Source of the DNA: Deltaproteobacteria bacterium
Lineage (GTDB): Bacteria > Myxococcota_A > UBA9160 > SMWR01
DNA length: 64,000 bases
Direction of reading: 5' to 3'
NCBI GenBank assembly: GCA_032128115.1
Contig: JAQBHB010000069.1
Coordinates: 1-64,000 of the forward strand
The notes under the pieces were generated by a model. It was given only the letters and a program-made list of their open reading frames with translations, did not search any database and had not been told where the DNA came from. Position numbers and translations under genes: made by a program. This document shows, piece after piece, positions 8,447 to 18,640 of this stretch. Position 1 is the first letter of the stretch. Each line of letters starts with the position of its first letter.

Positions 8447-10540
8447 TCACTCGTCATCGCTGGGCAACTTGGAGTGATACTTCTCCTTGAGCTCTGCTTG
8501 AACGTCCCGCGGCGCGGCAAGGTACCGGGAGAACTCCATCGTGAACTCCGCTTTACCCTGTGTCATCGAGCGCAGATCGGTGGCGTAGCCGAACATCTGT
8601 GCCAGCGGCACCTCGGCCTCGACCCGACAGAAGCCGCCGGCCTCTTCGGTGGTTCCGATCACCGTTCCCCGGCGCTGCATGATGCTCTTGAGCACCGCCC
8701 CCTGGAACTCCTGGGGAGACTCCACCTCGAGCTTCATGACCGGCTCCAGGATGATCGGCTTCGCGCGCGGGTAGACCTCGCGGAAGGCGCCGCGCCCCGC
8801 CGCCTGGAAGGCATTGTCCGACGAATCCACGTTGTGGGACTTGCCGTCGTTGATCACCACTCGCAATCCGATCACGGGGAAACCGATCAGGCGACCCTTT
8901 GGCAGACAGGCCCGGAAGCCCTTCTCCACCGACGGGATGAACTCGGTGGGAATCGCGCCGCCGCGGACCTCACTCACGAACTCGAAGTCCTCTTCGCCGC
9001 CCGGGTTCGGCTCCATGTACCCGGCCACGGCGCCGAACTGCCCCGAGCCACCCGTCTGCTTCTTGTGCACGTAGTGGAACTCGGCGCGCTGGGAAATGGT
9101 CTCCCGATACGCCACCCGCGGGGCTCCGGTTTCCACCTGGCAGCCGTACTCGCGCTTCATGCGCTCCACGTACACGTCCAGGTGAAGCTCCCCCATACCC
9201 GAGATCACGGTCTCGCTGCTCTCCGGATCCACGGAGGCGCGGAACGTGGGATCTTCGCGCACGAACCGGCCGAGGGCCTTGGCGAGGTTGTCCTGGGACT
9301 TGTTGTCCACCGGCTTGATGGAGAGCGAGATCACAGGGTCGGGTACGTACATGGAACTCATGGCGATCTTCACCGACTCGTCGTTGAAGGTGTCGCCAGA
9401 GGCGCATTCGATCCCGAACAGCGCCACGATGTCGCCGGCGAGCGACTTCTCGATATCCTCCATCGAATCGGCGTGCATCCGCACCAGCCGCCCTACCTTG
9501 TGCTTCCTGTGGGTGCGGCTGTTGATGATCGCGCTGCCCTTCTGGATCGTGCCCTGGTACACGCGCACGTAGGTGAGCTGACCGTAGCGACCGTCTTCCA
9601 GCTTGAACGCCAGCGCAACCAGTGGCTTGTTGGCGTCGGATTCCACGATGACCGGAGCCTCGTCGTTGGAGAGGTCGACACCGGTGTTCTCTACCTCCCC
9701 GGGAGACGGGAGGTAGCGGGTCACCGCGTCCAGCAGCGTCTGGACGCCCTTGTTCTTGTAGGCCGAGCCCAGGTAGACGGGCGTCAGATCCATGGAGAGG
9801 GTGCCGACCCGCACGGCGTGGTGAATCAGGTCCTCGGTCACCCCTTCTTCCAGGATCGCCTCGGTCAGGTCGTCGGAGAACATGGACACCGCATCCAGCA
9901 TGGTCTCTCGGGCGGTCTCGGCCTCCCCGCGCAGGTTCTCGGGGATCTCGCGGGTCACCACGTGCTCCCCGTTTTCGCCCTCGTAATAGAAGGCCCGCAT
10001 GCTGATCAGGTCGATCACGCCGTTGAAGTCGGCCTCGAGCCCGATGGGCAGTTGCATCATCACCGCGTTGTGGCCGAGCTTGTCGCGCAGCTGGCCGGTC
10101 ACGCGCTGTGGATTTGCGCCCGAGCGATCGAGCTTGTTGATGAAGGCCAGGCGCGGGACCTTGTAGCGACGCATCTGGCGGTCCACGGTCATGGATTGCG
10201 ACTGCACACCGGCGACCCCGCACAGGATCAGCACCGCCCCGTCCAGCACGCGCAGGGCGCGTTCCACCTCGATGGTGAAGTCCACGTGGCCCGGCGTATC
10301 GATGATGTTGATGTGGTAGTCGTTCCAGATCGCCTGGGTGGCGGCGCTCTGGATCGTGATCCCGCGCTCGCGCTCCAGGTCCATGGAGTCCATGGTGGCA
10401 CCCACGGAATCCTTGCCCTTCACCTCGTGCATGGCGTGGATGCGCCCGGTGTAGAACAGGATGCGCTCGGTGAGCGTCGTCTTCCCCGAGTCGATGTGTG
10501 CGCTGATTCCGATGTTCCGGAGCTTCGTCTGGTCGTACAT
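8447..10540 (-). CDS. fusA: Elongation factor G (stand-alone copy, mtEFG1/spdEFG1-like)
   Basis: [38 protein letters not shown]. Confidence 0.97.
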   Translation of the reverse strand: MYDQTKLRNIGISAHIDSGKTTLTERILFYTGRIHAMHEVKGKDSVGATMDSMDLERERGITIQSAATQAIWNDYHINIIDTPGHVDFTIEVERALRVLDGAVLILCGVAGVQSQSMTVDRQMRRYKVPRLAFINKLDRSGANPQRVTGQLRDKLGHNAVMMQLPIGLEADFNGVIDLISMRAFYYEGENGEHVVTREIPENLRGEAETARETMLDAVSMFSDDLTEAILEEGVTEDLIHHAVRVGTLSMDLTPVYLGSAYKNKGVQTLLDAVTRYLPSPGEVENTGVDLSNDEAPVIVESDANKPLVALAFKLEDGRYGQLTYVRVYQGTIQKGSAIINSRTHRKHKVGRLVRMHADSMEDIEKSLAGDIVALFGIECASGDTFNDESVKIAMSSMYVPDPVISLSIKPVDNKSQDNLAKALGRFVREDPTFRASVDPESSETVISGMGELHLDVYVERMKREYGCQVETGAPRVAYRETISQRAEFHYVHKKQTGGSGQFGAVAGYMEPNPGGEEDFEFVSEVRGGAIPTEFIPSVEKGFRACLPKGRLIGFPVIGLRVVINDGKSHNVDSSDNAFQAAGRGAFREVYPRAKPIILEPVMKLEVESPQEFQGAVLKSIMQRRGTVIGTTEEAGGFCRVEAEVPLAQMFGYATDLRSMTQGKAEFTMEFSRYLAAPRDVQAELKEKYHSKLPSDDE

Positions 10541-10773
10541 CTTCTTCGCCTCGTGACGGGGTTGCCGTCATCGTCGATCGCAAGCCATGGGGGGGAGACG
10601 TTTCCGAACCGCGCGTCCCGCCGGGCGGCGCCACCTGACGAGCGTGGCGCCCGTTGCACGACACGCGACATTCTCGCCCGGAAGGGGCCGAAAGGTGAGA
10701 CATTTCGAGCGTTTGTCAAGTGGGCTGGAATCGCTCAGGGCGCTCGGCGCTCAGGGCACTCGGGTCAGGACGC

Positions 10774-11709
10774 TCAGCCCAGGGAGTCCCCCACCGCGAG
10801 CCCCGATTCGGCAACGGCGACCTTCCCCATGCCTCCGATCCGCACCCGGGCCACCCGCAGGCGCCCCTCCCCGGCCGCAACGATCAGGCCATCTCGGTCC
10901 ACGGCCACAATCGTCCCCGGGGGAGCCCCCGCCTCGCCCTCCAACAGGCGCGAACCGTAGAGGCGGGTCACCTCGCCGCCGCTGCGCGTCCAGGCGCCGG
11001 GTTGGGGATCGCAGCCGCGGATCAGCCGGTCAACGCCCGTGGCATTCCGAGACCAGTCCACCTGCGCCACCTCGTCGTCCACCAGACCCTGGAAGGTGGC
11101 GAGGGTGTCGTCCTGGGGCCGAGTGACCGCCGCTCCCGAGTCCACGGCCGCCACCGCCTCCAGCATGGCGTCCACGCCCAGGGGATAGAGCTCCTCGAAG
11201 TAGAGGCTGCCAGCGGTGTGGGTGTCGCGGATCGGAATCCCACCCTTCTGGATCACGATGGGCCCGGTATCCACGCCCGCATCCGGTCGGAACACGGTCA
11301 CCCCGGACTCGCCCTCGCCCAGGATGATCTGCCAGGCCAGAGCGGCGCCACCGCGAAAGCGCGGCAACAGCGAGGGGTGGAAGCAAAGCGAGCCCCGTTG
11401 CGGCCCGTCCACGATCTCGGGTGGGAGGATCGCCGTCACGTAGGCCAGCACGTTCAAGTCGGCGTCGAGTGCGTGAAACTCCCGCAGGATCTCGGGGATG
11501 GGCTCCCAGGCTCCGGATGCGTCTTTGCGCCGGAAGCGCCGATGGCGGATCAGCGGGAGTCCCCGCTCCCCAGCCTCGTCCGCAAGCGGATCCCGACGCG
11601 CGCCCTCGGGCGGGGCATAGACGCCGCAAACGGAGTGGCCCGCCCCGATCAGGCGCACGAGCACGTCGCGTCCGAAGGCGGCCTGTCCGAAGAGAGCGAT
11701 GCGCGCCAC
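10774..11709 (-). CDS. Formyltransferase-family protein (Fmt paralog, similar to the 10-formyl-THF dehydrogenase N-terminal domain)
   Basis: IALFGQAAFG, FHPSLLPRFRG, DAGVDTGPI, IRGCDPQPGAW. Confidence 0.85.
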   Translation of the reverse strand: MARIALFGQAAFGRDVLVRLIGAGHSVCGVYAPPEGARRDPLADEAGERGLPLIRHRRFRRKDASGAWEPIPEILREFHALDADLNVLAYVTAILPPEIVDGPQRGSLCFHPSLLPRFRGGAALAWQIILGEGESGVTVFRPDAGVDTGPIVIQKGGIPIRDTHTAGSLYFEELYPLGVDAMLEAVAAVDSGAAVTRPQDDTLATFQGLVDDEVAQVDWSRNATGVDRLIRGCDPQPGAWTRSGGEVTRLYGSRLLEGEAGAPPGTIVAVDRDGLIVAAGEGRLRVARVRIGGMGKVAVAESGLAVGDSLG

Positions 11710-11718
11710 GGCCGGAAA

Positions 11719-12369
11719 CTACCGCGTTCGCGAGCGGTCGCCGACGGAACCCCTCACGCGGGCCGGCTGGCCAAACGCCAGCGCGTGGGGCGGGATCGGG
11801 CCCGTCACCAGCGAGCGCGTTCCCACGACGCTGTGTTCCCCGATGGAGGCGCCGCGCAGCACGCTCGCGTCCGAGGCGATCCACACGTGATCCCCGATCG
11901 TGACGGGCTCTACCCGTTCCGGGTGCTCCGCGTCCAGAGGGTGCTGGTCTGCATCGAACACCCGCGTTCCGGGTCCGACAAAGACGCGGCGCCCCAGGGA
12001 GACGCCGCGCTTGGCGCTCAGATGGCAGCCGTTGAGGAAGCACTCGGGACCGAGAACGATCTGCGCCGCTTCGAAGGCCACGATGTGGACCGGCCCCAGG
12101 TCGGTGCGAAGCCAGACATCGCGCCCCACGTCCACGCGTGCGCCCGGCCCCAGCGAAAAGCGCAGCGCTCCGGCCCGGCGTTCGGTCACCACGCCGGGGC
12201 CCAGGGTGAGGCGCGCGCCCGGAGCCAGCTCGTAGTGCGCCGACGCCAGATTCGTGCTGGCCTCCGGGTGGATCGCAAGGCCCGGGTGCTGGAACGCCAA
12301 CCAGCGCAGGCGCAGGCGGTCGAATGCCTGGATCCAACGCAGTCGCAGGATGAGGAGGCGGCGCTGCAC
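11719..12369 (-). CDS. Left-handed beta-helix (hexapeptide) acyltransferase
   Basis: DADQH, VTIGDHVWI, IGEHSVVG...V...IP...G.PARV. Confidence 0.8.
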   Translation of the reverse strand: MQRRLLILRLRWIQAFDRLRLRWLAFQHPGLAIHPEASTNLASAHYELAPGARLTLGPGVVTERRAGALRFSLGPGARVDVGRDVWLRTDLGPVHIVAFEAAQIVLGPECFLNGCHLSAKRGVSLGRRVFVGPGTRVFDADQHPLDAEHPERVEPVTIGDHVWIASDASVLRGASIGEHSVVGTRSLVTGPIPPHALAFGQPARVRGSVGDRSRTR

Positions 12370-12403
12370 GCGACTGGTGGCAGTGGCACCGCGCCCCGCA
12401 GGG

Positions 12404-12643
12404 TCACCGGGCTGTGGTCTGACCTTCGCGGAGCCGGAAGGTGATGAAGCCGTGGGTAGGATCGTAGGGCGACACGCCCACCTGGACCTTGTCGCCGGGA
12501 ATCACCCGGATCCGGAAGCGGCGCATGCGGCCCGAGAGCTGGGCCGTGACGATCTGACCACCGTCGAGTGTGATGCGGTAGCGCCCGCCGCCGAGGATCT
12601 TCTCGACGGTGCCTGTTCCCTGGATCAGATCATCTCGCGCCAA
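12404..12643 (-). CDS. infA: Translation initiation factor IF-1
   Basis: TTG 12643; SGRMRRFRIRVIPGDKVQVGVSPYDPTHGFITFR. Confidence 0.93.
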   Translation of the reverse strand: MARDDLIQGTGTVEKILGGGRYRITLDGGQIVTAQLSGRMRRFRIRVIPGDKVQVGVSPYDPTHGFITFRLREGQTTAR

Positions 12644-12808
12644 ACAGTCCTTCCAGTCCTTTCTTCGCTTCCTTCGGCCCCGGTTCGATCCGGGGGTTCT
12701 CTTCCCGGTTCGATTCCGTGATTCCAGCGGCAACCGACGGTGAGGGCGGCAGATTAGCCCCTTGAAGGGGACCACGCATCGGGATCCTGAGGTAGCCTCT
12801 CGTGCGTA

Positions 12809-12901
<93 letters not shown>

Positions 12902-12914
12902 TCTCAGGAGTTGC

Positions 12915-13037
12915 GGCGAGCCGCGATCGCAGGGTCCCGCTCGATCACGAACCTCGTGAAATCCGTCAGGTCCGGAAGGAAGCAGCGGTAGCGGGGATTC
13001 GGTTGCGAGCGGGGGTGCCCTGCGATCCCGGCTCTCC
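12915..13037 (+). ncRNA. ffs: Signal recognition particle RNA (small bacterial type); ends approximate
   Basis: Domain IV core TCAGGTCCGGAAGGAAGCAGC; long hairpin gatcgcaggg/ccctgcgatc; usual position before dnaX. Confidence 0.93.
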
Positions 13038-13088
13038 ACAAACCCTCGGCGCCAAGGCGCCGGCGGAGCCCGAGGAGTTCCACTCCCC

Positions 13089-14747
13089 TTGAGCTATCAG
13101 GTCCTCGCACGCAAGTGGCGGCCCCAGAGCTTCGACGACGTCGCCGGCCAGGCCCACGTCACGGTCCCCCTGCGCAACGCCATCCGGTCCGACCGGGTGT
13201 CCCATGCCATCCTGCTCACGGGCCCTCGAGGTGTCGGGAAGACCACTCTGGCGAGAATCCTGGCGCGCTGTCTCAACTGCGAGAAGGGTCCCACCGACAC
13301 GCCGTGCGGTGAGTGCAGCGCGTGTCACGAAATCTCCGCCGGCAGCTCCACCGACGTCCAGGAGATCGACGCGGCGAGCCGCACCAGCGTCGACGACGTG
13401 CGGGAGCTGATCGAAGCCGTCCGCTACGCGCCCTCGCCAGGCAAGCACCGCATCTTCGTGGTCGACGAGGTGCACATGCTCTCCACCGCGGCCTTCAACG
13501 CGCTGTTGAAGACCCTGGAAGAGCCGCCTCCCCGCAGTCTGTTCGTATTCGCCACCACGAATCCCGAGAAAATCCCCTTCACGGTCTTGTCGCGGTGCCA
13601 GCGCTACGACCTGCGGCGCATCGCTACCGCCGAGATCGTCGAACGCCTGACGCTGATCGCGAAGTCCGAGAAGTTCGGCATCTCCGAAGCCAGCCTGTTG
13701 GCGATTGCCCGCGAAGCCGACGGCTCCATGCGCGACGCCCAGACCCTGCTCGACCAGGTGATCGCCTTCGGTGGCTCGAAGATCGAGGACAGCCAGGTAG
13801 CCGACGTGCTCGACCTGATCGACCGCCGCGTGCTGTTGGCCATCCTTGCGGCGTGTGTGGACGGGGATGCGGAGCGGGCGCTCGAGGCCTGCGGGCGCGC
13901 GGCCGAGGCGGGCGTGGACGCGAAGCGCCTGGGCGAGAACCTGCTGCAACTGACTCGCGACCTGGTGGTGCTGCGCATCGCCTCCGGAGCGCCACAGCTG
14001 GTCGAGGGCACCGAAGACGAGATCGGCGAGCTTCGAGGTCTGGCCCAGCGCACGGACGAGGCGCGCCTGCGGCGCATGTTTCGCGCCCTCCTCAAGGAGC
14101 AAGAAGACCTGGCGTGGGCCCCCCAGCCGTTCGCCGTGCTCGAGATGGCTGTGGTACGACTGGCCAGCATGCCCGCTGGCGACGATGTGGCGCGGTTGTT
14201 GGCCCGCCTGGATGCCCTGGAGCGCAACCTCAGGGGTGGCGGGAGCGGAGACCCGAGTGCCCCCCCGGCCAACCGCGGCCCCGGGGGCCGCACCGAGAGC
14301 AAGCCGCCCCGCAAGCCGGCCGCCGCGGCTCCGGACACGGCGCGAAGCGGCGAGAACGCCCCCCTTCCCGTCGTCTTCGATCGGCTCCGGGACGTGGCCT
14401 GCAAGAGCAATCCCGGGCTCTACGCGGCACTCGAGGGCGGAACGCTGTTGGAGTGCAGCCAGGAGATGCTGCGCATCCGGGTGCCCCAGAGCTTCTCGGC
14501 CCAGCGCCTGGAGGATCGTCGCAGCGCCCTGGAGGCGGCCTGCGAGGGTTTCTTCGGCCGGCCCCTGCGGGTCGAGATCGAGTCCGCGGCGGGTCCCGTG
14601 GAGACCGGCGAGCCGGGGGCGCTTCCGAACGCCGAAGCCGTGCGCCAGCTGCGGAAACAGGCCCTGGAACACCCGGCGGTGAACGAGGCGATCGATGCCC
14701 TGGACGGGGAGATCATCGAGATCCGTCCCCTGGGAGGCGGACGATGA
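13089..14747 (+). CDS. dnaX: DNA polymerase III gamma/tau subunit
   Basis: SYQVLARKWRPQ, GPRGVGKT, zinc Cys cluster, DEVHML, SRC. Confidence 0.97.
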   Translation: MSYQVLARKWRPQSFDDVAGQAHVTVPLRNAIRSDRVSHAILLTGPRGVGKTTLARILARCLNCEKGPTDTPCGECSACHEISAGSSTDVQEIDAASRTSVDDVRELIEAVRYAPSPGKHRIFVVDEVHMLSTAAFNALLKTLEEPPPRSLFVFATTNPEKIPFTVLSRCQRYDLRRIATAEIVERLTLIAKSEKFGISEASLLAIAREADGSMRDAQTLLDQVIAFGGSKIEDSQVADVLDLIDRRVLLAILAACVDGDAERALEACGRAAEAGVDAKRLGENLLQLTRDLVVLRIASGAPQLVEGTEDEIGELRGLAQRTDEARLRRMFRALLKEQEDLAWAPQPFAVLEMAVVRLASMPAGDDVARLLARLDALERNLRGGGSGDPSAPPANRGPGGRTESKPPRKPAAAAPDTARSGENAPLPVVFDRLRDVACKSNPGLYAALEGGTLLECSQEMLRIRVPQSFSAQRLEDRRSALEAACEGFFGRPLRVEIESAAGPVETGEPGALPNAEAVRQLRKQALEHPAVNEAIDALDGEIIEIRPLGGGR

Positions 14748-15076
14748 CGGGACCGGACCTGGAGGGCCTGATGGCTCGGGCGCGAGAGATGCAGGAGCGC
14801 CTGGCCAGGATCCAACAAGATCTCGCCACCCGGCGCGTGGAGGGCTCGGCCGGGGGCGGCATGGTCACGGCCGTGGCCACGGGCGAGCTGCGCATCCTGC
14901 AGATCGAGATCGAACCCTCGCTGCTCGAGAGCGGCGACCGGGCCATGATCCAGGACCTGGTGGCCTCGGCGGTGAACGCCGCACTGACCAACGCCCAGAA
15001 GATGATCCAGCAGGAGCTGCAGCAGGTCTCCGGTGGCCTCTCACTCCCCCTGCCATTCCCGCCCGGAGACGGGTAG
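14744..15076 (+). CDS. ybaB: YbaB/EbfC nucleoid-associated protein
   Basis: ATGA overlap with dnaX; EGSAGGGMV, DLVASAVNAA. Confidence 0.93.
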   Translation: MTGPDLEGLMARAREMQERLARIQQDLATRRVEGSAGGGMVTAVATGELRILQIEIEPSLLESGDRAMIQDLVASAVNAALTNAQKMIQQELQQVSGGLSLPLPFPPGDG

Positions 15077-15083
15077 GCGACCC

Positions 15084-15683
15084 TTGAGGACATCCCCTCC
15101 CATCGAACGCCTGGTGGCCTGCTTGAAGCGACTCCCGGGCATCGGCGAGAAGTCGGCCACGCGTCTCGCATTCTACCTGCTGGGGGCACCGGAGGCCTCG
15201 GTCGAGGAGCTGGCAGACGCCATCGCACGCCTCAAGAAGGAGACCGTGTTGTGTGAGCAATGTTTCGACCTCACCGATGCCTCTCCCTGTGCCGTGTGCC
15301 GCGACGACCGACGCGACGCCTCGATCCTGTGTGTCGTGGAAGAGCCCTCAGACCTGGCCGCCATCGAACGGACCCACCGTTTCCAGGGCCACTACCACGT
15401 GCTGGGTGGCGCCCTGGCTCCGATCGATGGTGTCGGCGCCGGCGATCTGCGCATCGCGGATCTCGAGAAGCGCGTAAAGGCCGGTGGGGTGCGCGAAGTG
15501 ATCCTGGCCACCAATCCCAACGCCGAAGGCGACGCCACGGCCCACTACATCAGCGACCGACTGCGCTCCACAGGAGTGGCCGTCACCCGGATCGCCTACG
15601 GCATGCCGCTGGGAGGCGACCTCGAGTACGCCGACCACGTGACGATCGGTCTCTCGATGGAGAACCGGAAGGCAATGGACTGA
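15084..15683 (+). CDS. recR: Recombination mediator RecR
   Basis: LPGIGEKSATRLA HhH, C4 zinc finger, ATNPNAEGDATA Toprim; TTG 15084 is the likely start. Confidence 0.96.
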   Translation: MRTSPPIERLVACLKRLPGIGEKSATRLAFYLLGAPEASVEELADAIARLKKETVLCEQCFDLTDASPCAVCRDDRRDASILCVVEEPSDLAAIERTHRFQGHYHVLGGALAPIDGVGAGDLRIADLEKRVKAGGVREVILATNPNAEGDATAHYISDRLRSTGVAVTRIAYGMPLGGDLEYADHVTIGLSMENRKAMD

Positions 15684-15719
15684 ACCCTTCGCCCCGGGCT
15701 TTTCGCGGCCCGGTGGGCC

Positions 15720-15747
15720 TAAAGCCCTGCGCGACGACTGCCGATCT
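15720..15747 (+). promoter_or_regulatory. Sigma-28-like promoter upstream of mglB
   Basis: TAAA-N16-GCCGATCT. Confidence 0.4.
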
Positions 15748-15845
15748 CAGCGCGCAGGGTCGAGCTTGCTGCGGAGTCCAGCTCCGGGGTAGCTTCTCCG
15801 TGGAATACCCTTTTCCGGCCACGCGCTTACCGGGGCAACCTGCCG

Positions 15846-16337
15846 ATGAACGACTCGCAGCTCGTATTGTACGACGAGGACTACCGGAAGGTTCTCGCCG
15901 TCATTCAGCGGCTGGTCAAGGACGCCAACGCCAAGGGCTGCTTCGTGGTCGATCGCAACGGACAGCTCATCGGCGAGGCCGGTGAGATGCGGGGCATCGA
16001 CACCACGAGCCTCGCGTCGCTCACGGCCGGCAGCATCGCCGCCACCTGCGGCCTGGCGAAGATCGTCGGCGAGGAAGAATTCCCGATCCACTATCACCAG
16101 GGTCAGAAGGACAACCTTCACATGACCCTGGTTGCACGCCGGATCATCCTGGTCATCGTGTTCGACGACCGCAGCTCCCTGGGGCTGGTTCGTCTGCGCG
16201 TCAAGAAGGCCGGCAGCGAGCTGGCTCGGGTCTTCGAGGAGATCCAGAGGAAGACCAACCAGGCCCAGGGGACCGACGCGGCCACACCGTTCGCCGAAAT
16301 TACAGACGAGGACATCGACAATCTGTTCTCGGGTTGA
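15846..16337 (+). CDS. mglB: Roadblock/LC7 GAP MglB
   Basis: DRNGQLI, TTSLASLTAG..AAT.GLA, SSLGLVRLRVKKA, FAEITDEDIDNLF. Confidence 0.95.
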   Translation: MNDSQLVLYDEDYRKVLAVIQRLVKDANAKGCFVVDRNGQLIGEAGEMRGIDTTSLASLTAGSIAATCGLAKIVGEEEFPIHYHQGQKDNLHMTLVARRIILVIVFDDRSSLGLVRLRVKKAGSELARVFEEIQRKTNQAQGTDAATPFAEITDEDIDNLFSG

Positions 16338-16346
16338 CGCACCAAC

Positions 16347-16937
16347 ATGTCGTTCATCAATTACTCGTCGCGTGAGATCAACTGCAAGATCGTCTACTAC
16401 GGTCCCGGCCTGTGTGGGAAGACGACGAACCTGCAGCACATCTACACCAAGACCAATCCCGACCTGAAGGGCAAGATGATCTCGCTGGCCACGGAGACCG
16501 AGCGCACGCTCTTCTTCGACTTCCTGCCCCTGGCACTGGGCCAGATCCGCGGCTTCAAGACGCGTTTCCACCTCTACACGGTGCCCGGTCAGGTCTTCTA
16601 CGACGCCAGTCGCAAGCTGATCCTCAAGGGCGTGGATGGGGTGGTGTTCGTGGCCGACAGCCAGGTGGAGCGGATGGAGGCAAACCTGGAGAGCTTCGAC
16701 AACCTGAAGCTCAACCTCCAGGAACAGGGCTACGAGCTGGCCAAGGTTCCCCTGGTCGTTCAGTACAACAAGCGCGACCTGCCCAACGCGGCGCCCCTGG
16801 ACGAGATGCGCCGCCTGCTCAACCCGTCGGGCGCCGTGGAGTTCGAAGCCGCCGCCACCAGCGGCAAGGGCGTCTTCGAGACCCTGAAGGCCGTCGCCCG
16901 CGGCGTCCTGAACGACCTCAAGAAGGGCGGGCGCTAG
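16347..16937 (+). CDS. mglA: Ras-like GTPase MglA
   Basis: [37 protein letters not shown]. Confidence 0.97.
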   Translation: MSFINYSSREINCKIVYYGPGLCGKTTNLQHIYTKTNPDLKGKMISLATETERTLFFDFLPLALGQIRGFKTRFHLYTVPGQVFYDASRKLILKGVDGVVFVADSQVERMEANLESFDNLKLNLQEQGYELAKVPLVVQYNKRDLPNAAPLDEMRRLLNPSGAVEFEAAATSGKGVFETLKAVARGVLNDLKKGGR

Positions 16938-16974
16938 CGAACCGTCCCTCGCCATCCGGGGTTAGAATCCCGGG

Positions 16975-17796
16975 GTGCCGCTGATCTCGGTACACGGGCG
17001 CGCGGTCTACCACGAACTGCACGGGGATCACCCGGGCGTCCCCCTGGTGCTCATCATGGGGATGGGGGGCTCGTGCCGCGGCTGGTTGCCGCTGCAGGTG
17101 CCCGAGTTCTCCCAGAAGCGCCGCACCCTGATCTTCGATCATCGAGGCGTCGGGAACACCGACGATCCCGGGGGCCCCTTCACCACTGCCGATCTGGCGG
17201 ATGACGCTGCCTCGCTCCTCGATCGCCTGGAGATCGAACGGGCCGACGTGCTCGGGGCCTTCATGGGAGGCATGGTGGCCCAGGAGCTCTCGCTGCGGCA
17301 CCCGGAGCGGGTTGCACGCGGCGTGCTGGTGGGCACCTATGCGCGCCCCGACGCCAAGCGCAGGCTCCTGCTGGAACTGTGGCGCGATCTGGCTCGCAGC
17401 CAGGTCCCCCTGGAGACCATGATCCGGGAGCGGCTGCTTTGGACGCTGCAAGACGAGACGCTGGAGCAGACGGACCTCATCGAGAGCATGCTGGAGTTCT
17501 TCACCCGCGACGGCGCGCCCCTCTCCAACGACCTGTTCGCGCGTCAGTGCGACGCCTGCCTGAACCACGATACAGCCGACCGGCTGCGTGAGATCCGGCA
17601 GCGGATGCTGGTGGTGTGCGGCCGCCGCGACCAGCTCACGCCCCCGAAGTTCCACAGGGAGTTGGCCGACGCGATCCCCGACGCCACCCTGGTGACCATC
17701 GCCTCCGGCGGCCACCTGGTGATGGCCGAGTCCGCCGAACGCTTCAACCATGCGGTTCTGCAGTTCCTGGAAGACGGGCGGTCGCGCGCCCCCTGA
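16975..17796 (+). CDS. Alpha/beta hydrolase fold protein with a degenerate nucleophile motif
   Basis: FDHRGVG, GAFMGG in place of GxSxG, GRRD and GGH retained. Confidence 0.85.
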   Translation: MPLISVHGRAVYHELHGDHPGVPLVLIMGMGGSCRGWLPLQVPEFSQKRRTLIFDHRGVGNTDDPGGPFTTADLADDAASLLDRLEIERADVLGAFMGGMVAQELSLRHPERVARGVLVGTYARPDAKRRLLLELWRDLARSQVPLETMIRERLLWTLQDETLEQTDLIESMLEFFTRDGAPLSNDLFARQCDACLNHDTADRLREIRQRMLVVCGRRDQLTPPKFHRELADAIPDATLVTIASGGHLVMAESAERFNHAVLQFLEDGRSRAP

Positions 17797-17862
17797 CTCC
17801 CGCCTGAGGTCGTGCGAGGCCCATCGCGAGACGCCACCGGGTGTCGCTTCCCGGGTTCGACT

Positions 17863-18582
17863 TCAGCGACAGGTACGGATCGCAAGGGCGGACGCCGTGG
17901 CGGCCAGCACCGGGTCGCGTGTGAGGCAGGCGCGCAGACTCCGGCCGGTATGGCCGGAGGGGGCACCCACCAGGACACGGTTGTCGTAGTCGCGCACCTG
18001 GATACACAGGGTTGCCGGAAACAGTGCGCGCATGGCGGCCTCCACGGCGGGCGCCTCGTCGATGGCGTTGCTGACCAGGACACCGCCCCTTCGCAGCAGT
18101 CGTGCCGCGCGGGCCAGGCCGGGACTCGGAAGCCAGTCGGGTTTGTGCAGGGCGCGAGCGCGGCCCGTGAACACGTCCTCGAGTACCGCGTCGTGGCGGG
18201 CCCGGGTGCGCTCCAGGTGCTCGCGGGCGTCGCCCACCACTACCTGCACGCCCAGGTCGTCGAGATCGAACCAGCGGCGAGCCGCGCGAACCACCTCCGG
18301 ATCGCGCTCGACCCCGACGATGCGGGCCCGGGGGGCCAGGGCGCGGATGATCCGCGCCACACTGCCCCCACCCAGGCCCAGCACCAGGAACGAGCGACGC
18401 CGGGCGGGCGGCAGCAGCAGCAGCGGCGCCGCCAGGGCGTCCCAGACCGAGCCGGTGGTGGCGCTCCCGGGCGCATACCAGGACGCGAATGTTCCGTCCA
18501 CGCGCAGCGTGCGCCCGCGGCGCCCCTGCGTGACCTCCACTCGCGCGCGCCGCTCGGCCAAAACCCGTCTCCTCCGCTGCAT
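17863..18582 (-). CDS. Spermidine-synthase-like SAM-dependent methyltransferase (start uncertain)
   Basis: LVLGLGGGS, VERDPEV, GDA...L, D..LED.F. Confidence 0.75.
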   Translation of the reverse strand: MQRRRRVLAERRARVEVTQGRRGRTLRVDGTFASWYAPGSATTGSVWDALAAPLLLLPPARRRSFLVLGLGGGSVARIIRALAPRARIVGVERDPEVVRAARRWFDLDDLGVQVVVGDAREHLERTRARHDAVLEDVFTGRARALHKPDWLPSPGLARAARLLRRGGVLVSNAIDEAPAVEAAMRALFPATLCIQVRDYDNRVLVGAPSGHTGRSLRACLTRDPVLAATASALAIRTCR

Positions 18583-18640
18583 CCCCGAGCATCTGGCGCC
18601 GTCGGGCGCGTGGGACGGGGCACCCGTAGAATGGCAAGCC

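Noticed and set aside
13089..14747. Programmed frameshift in dnaX
   Set aside because: No A-AAA-AAG or long A/T slippery run seen
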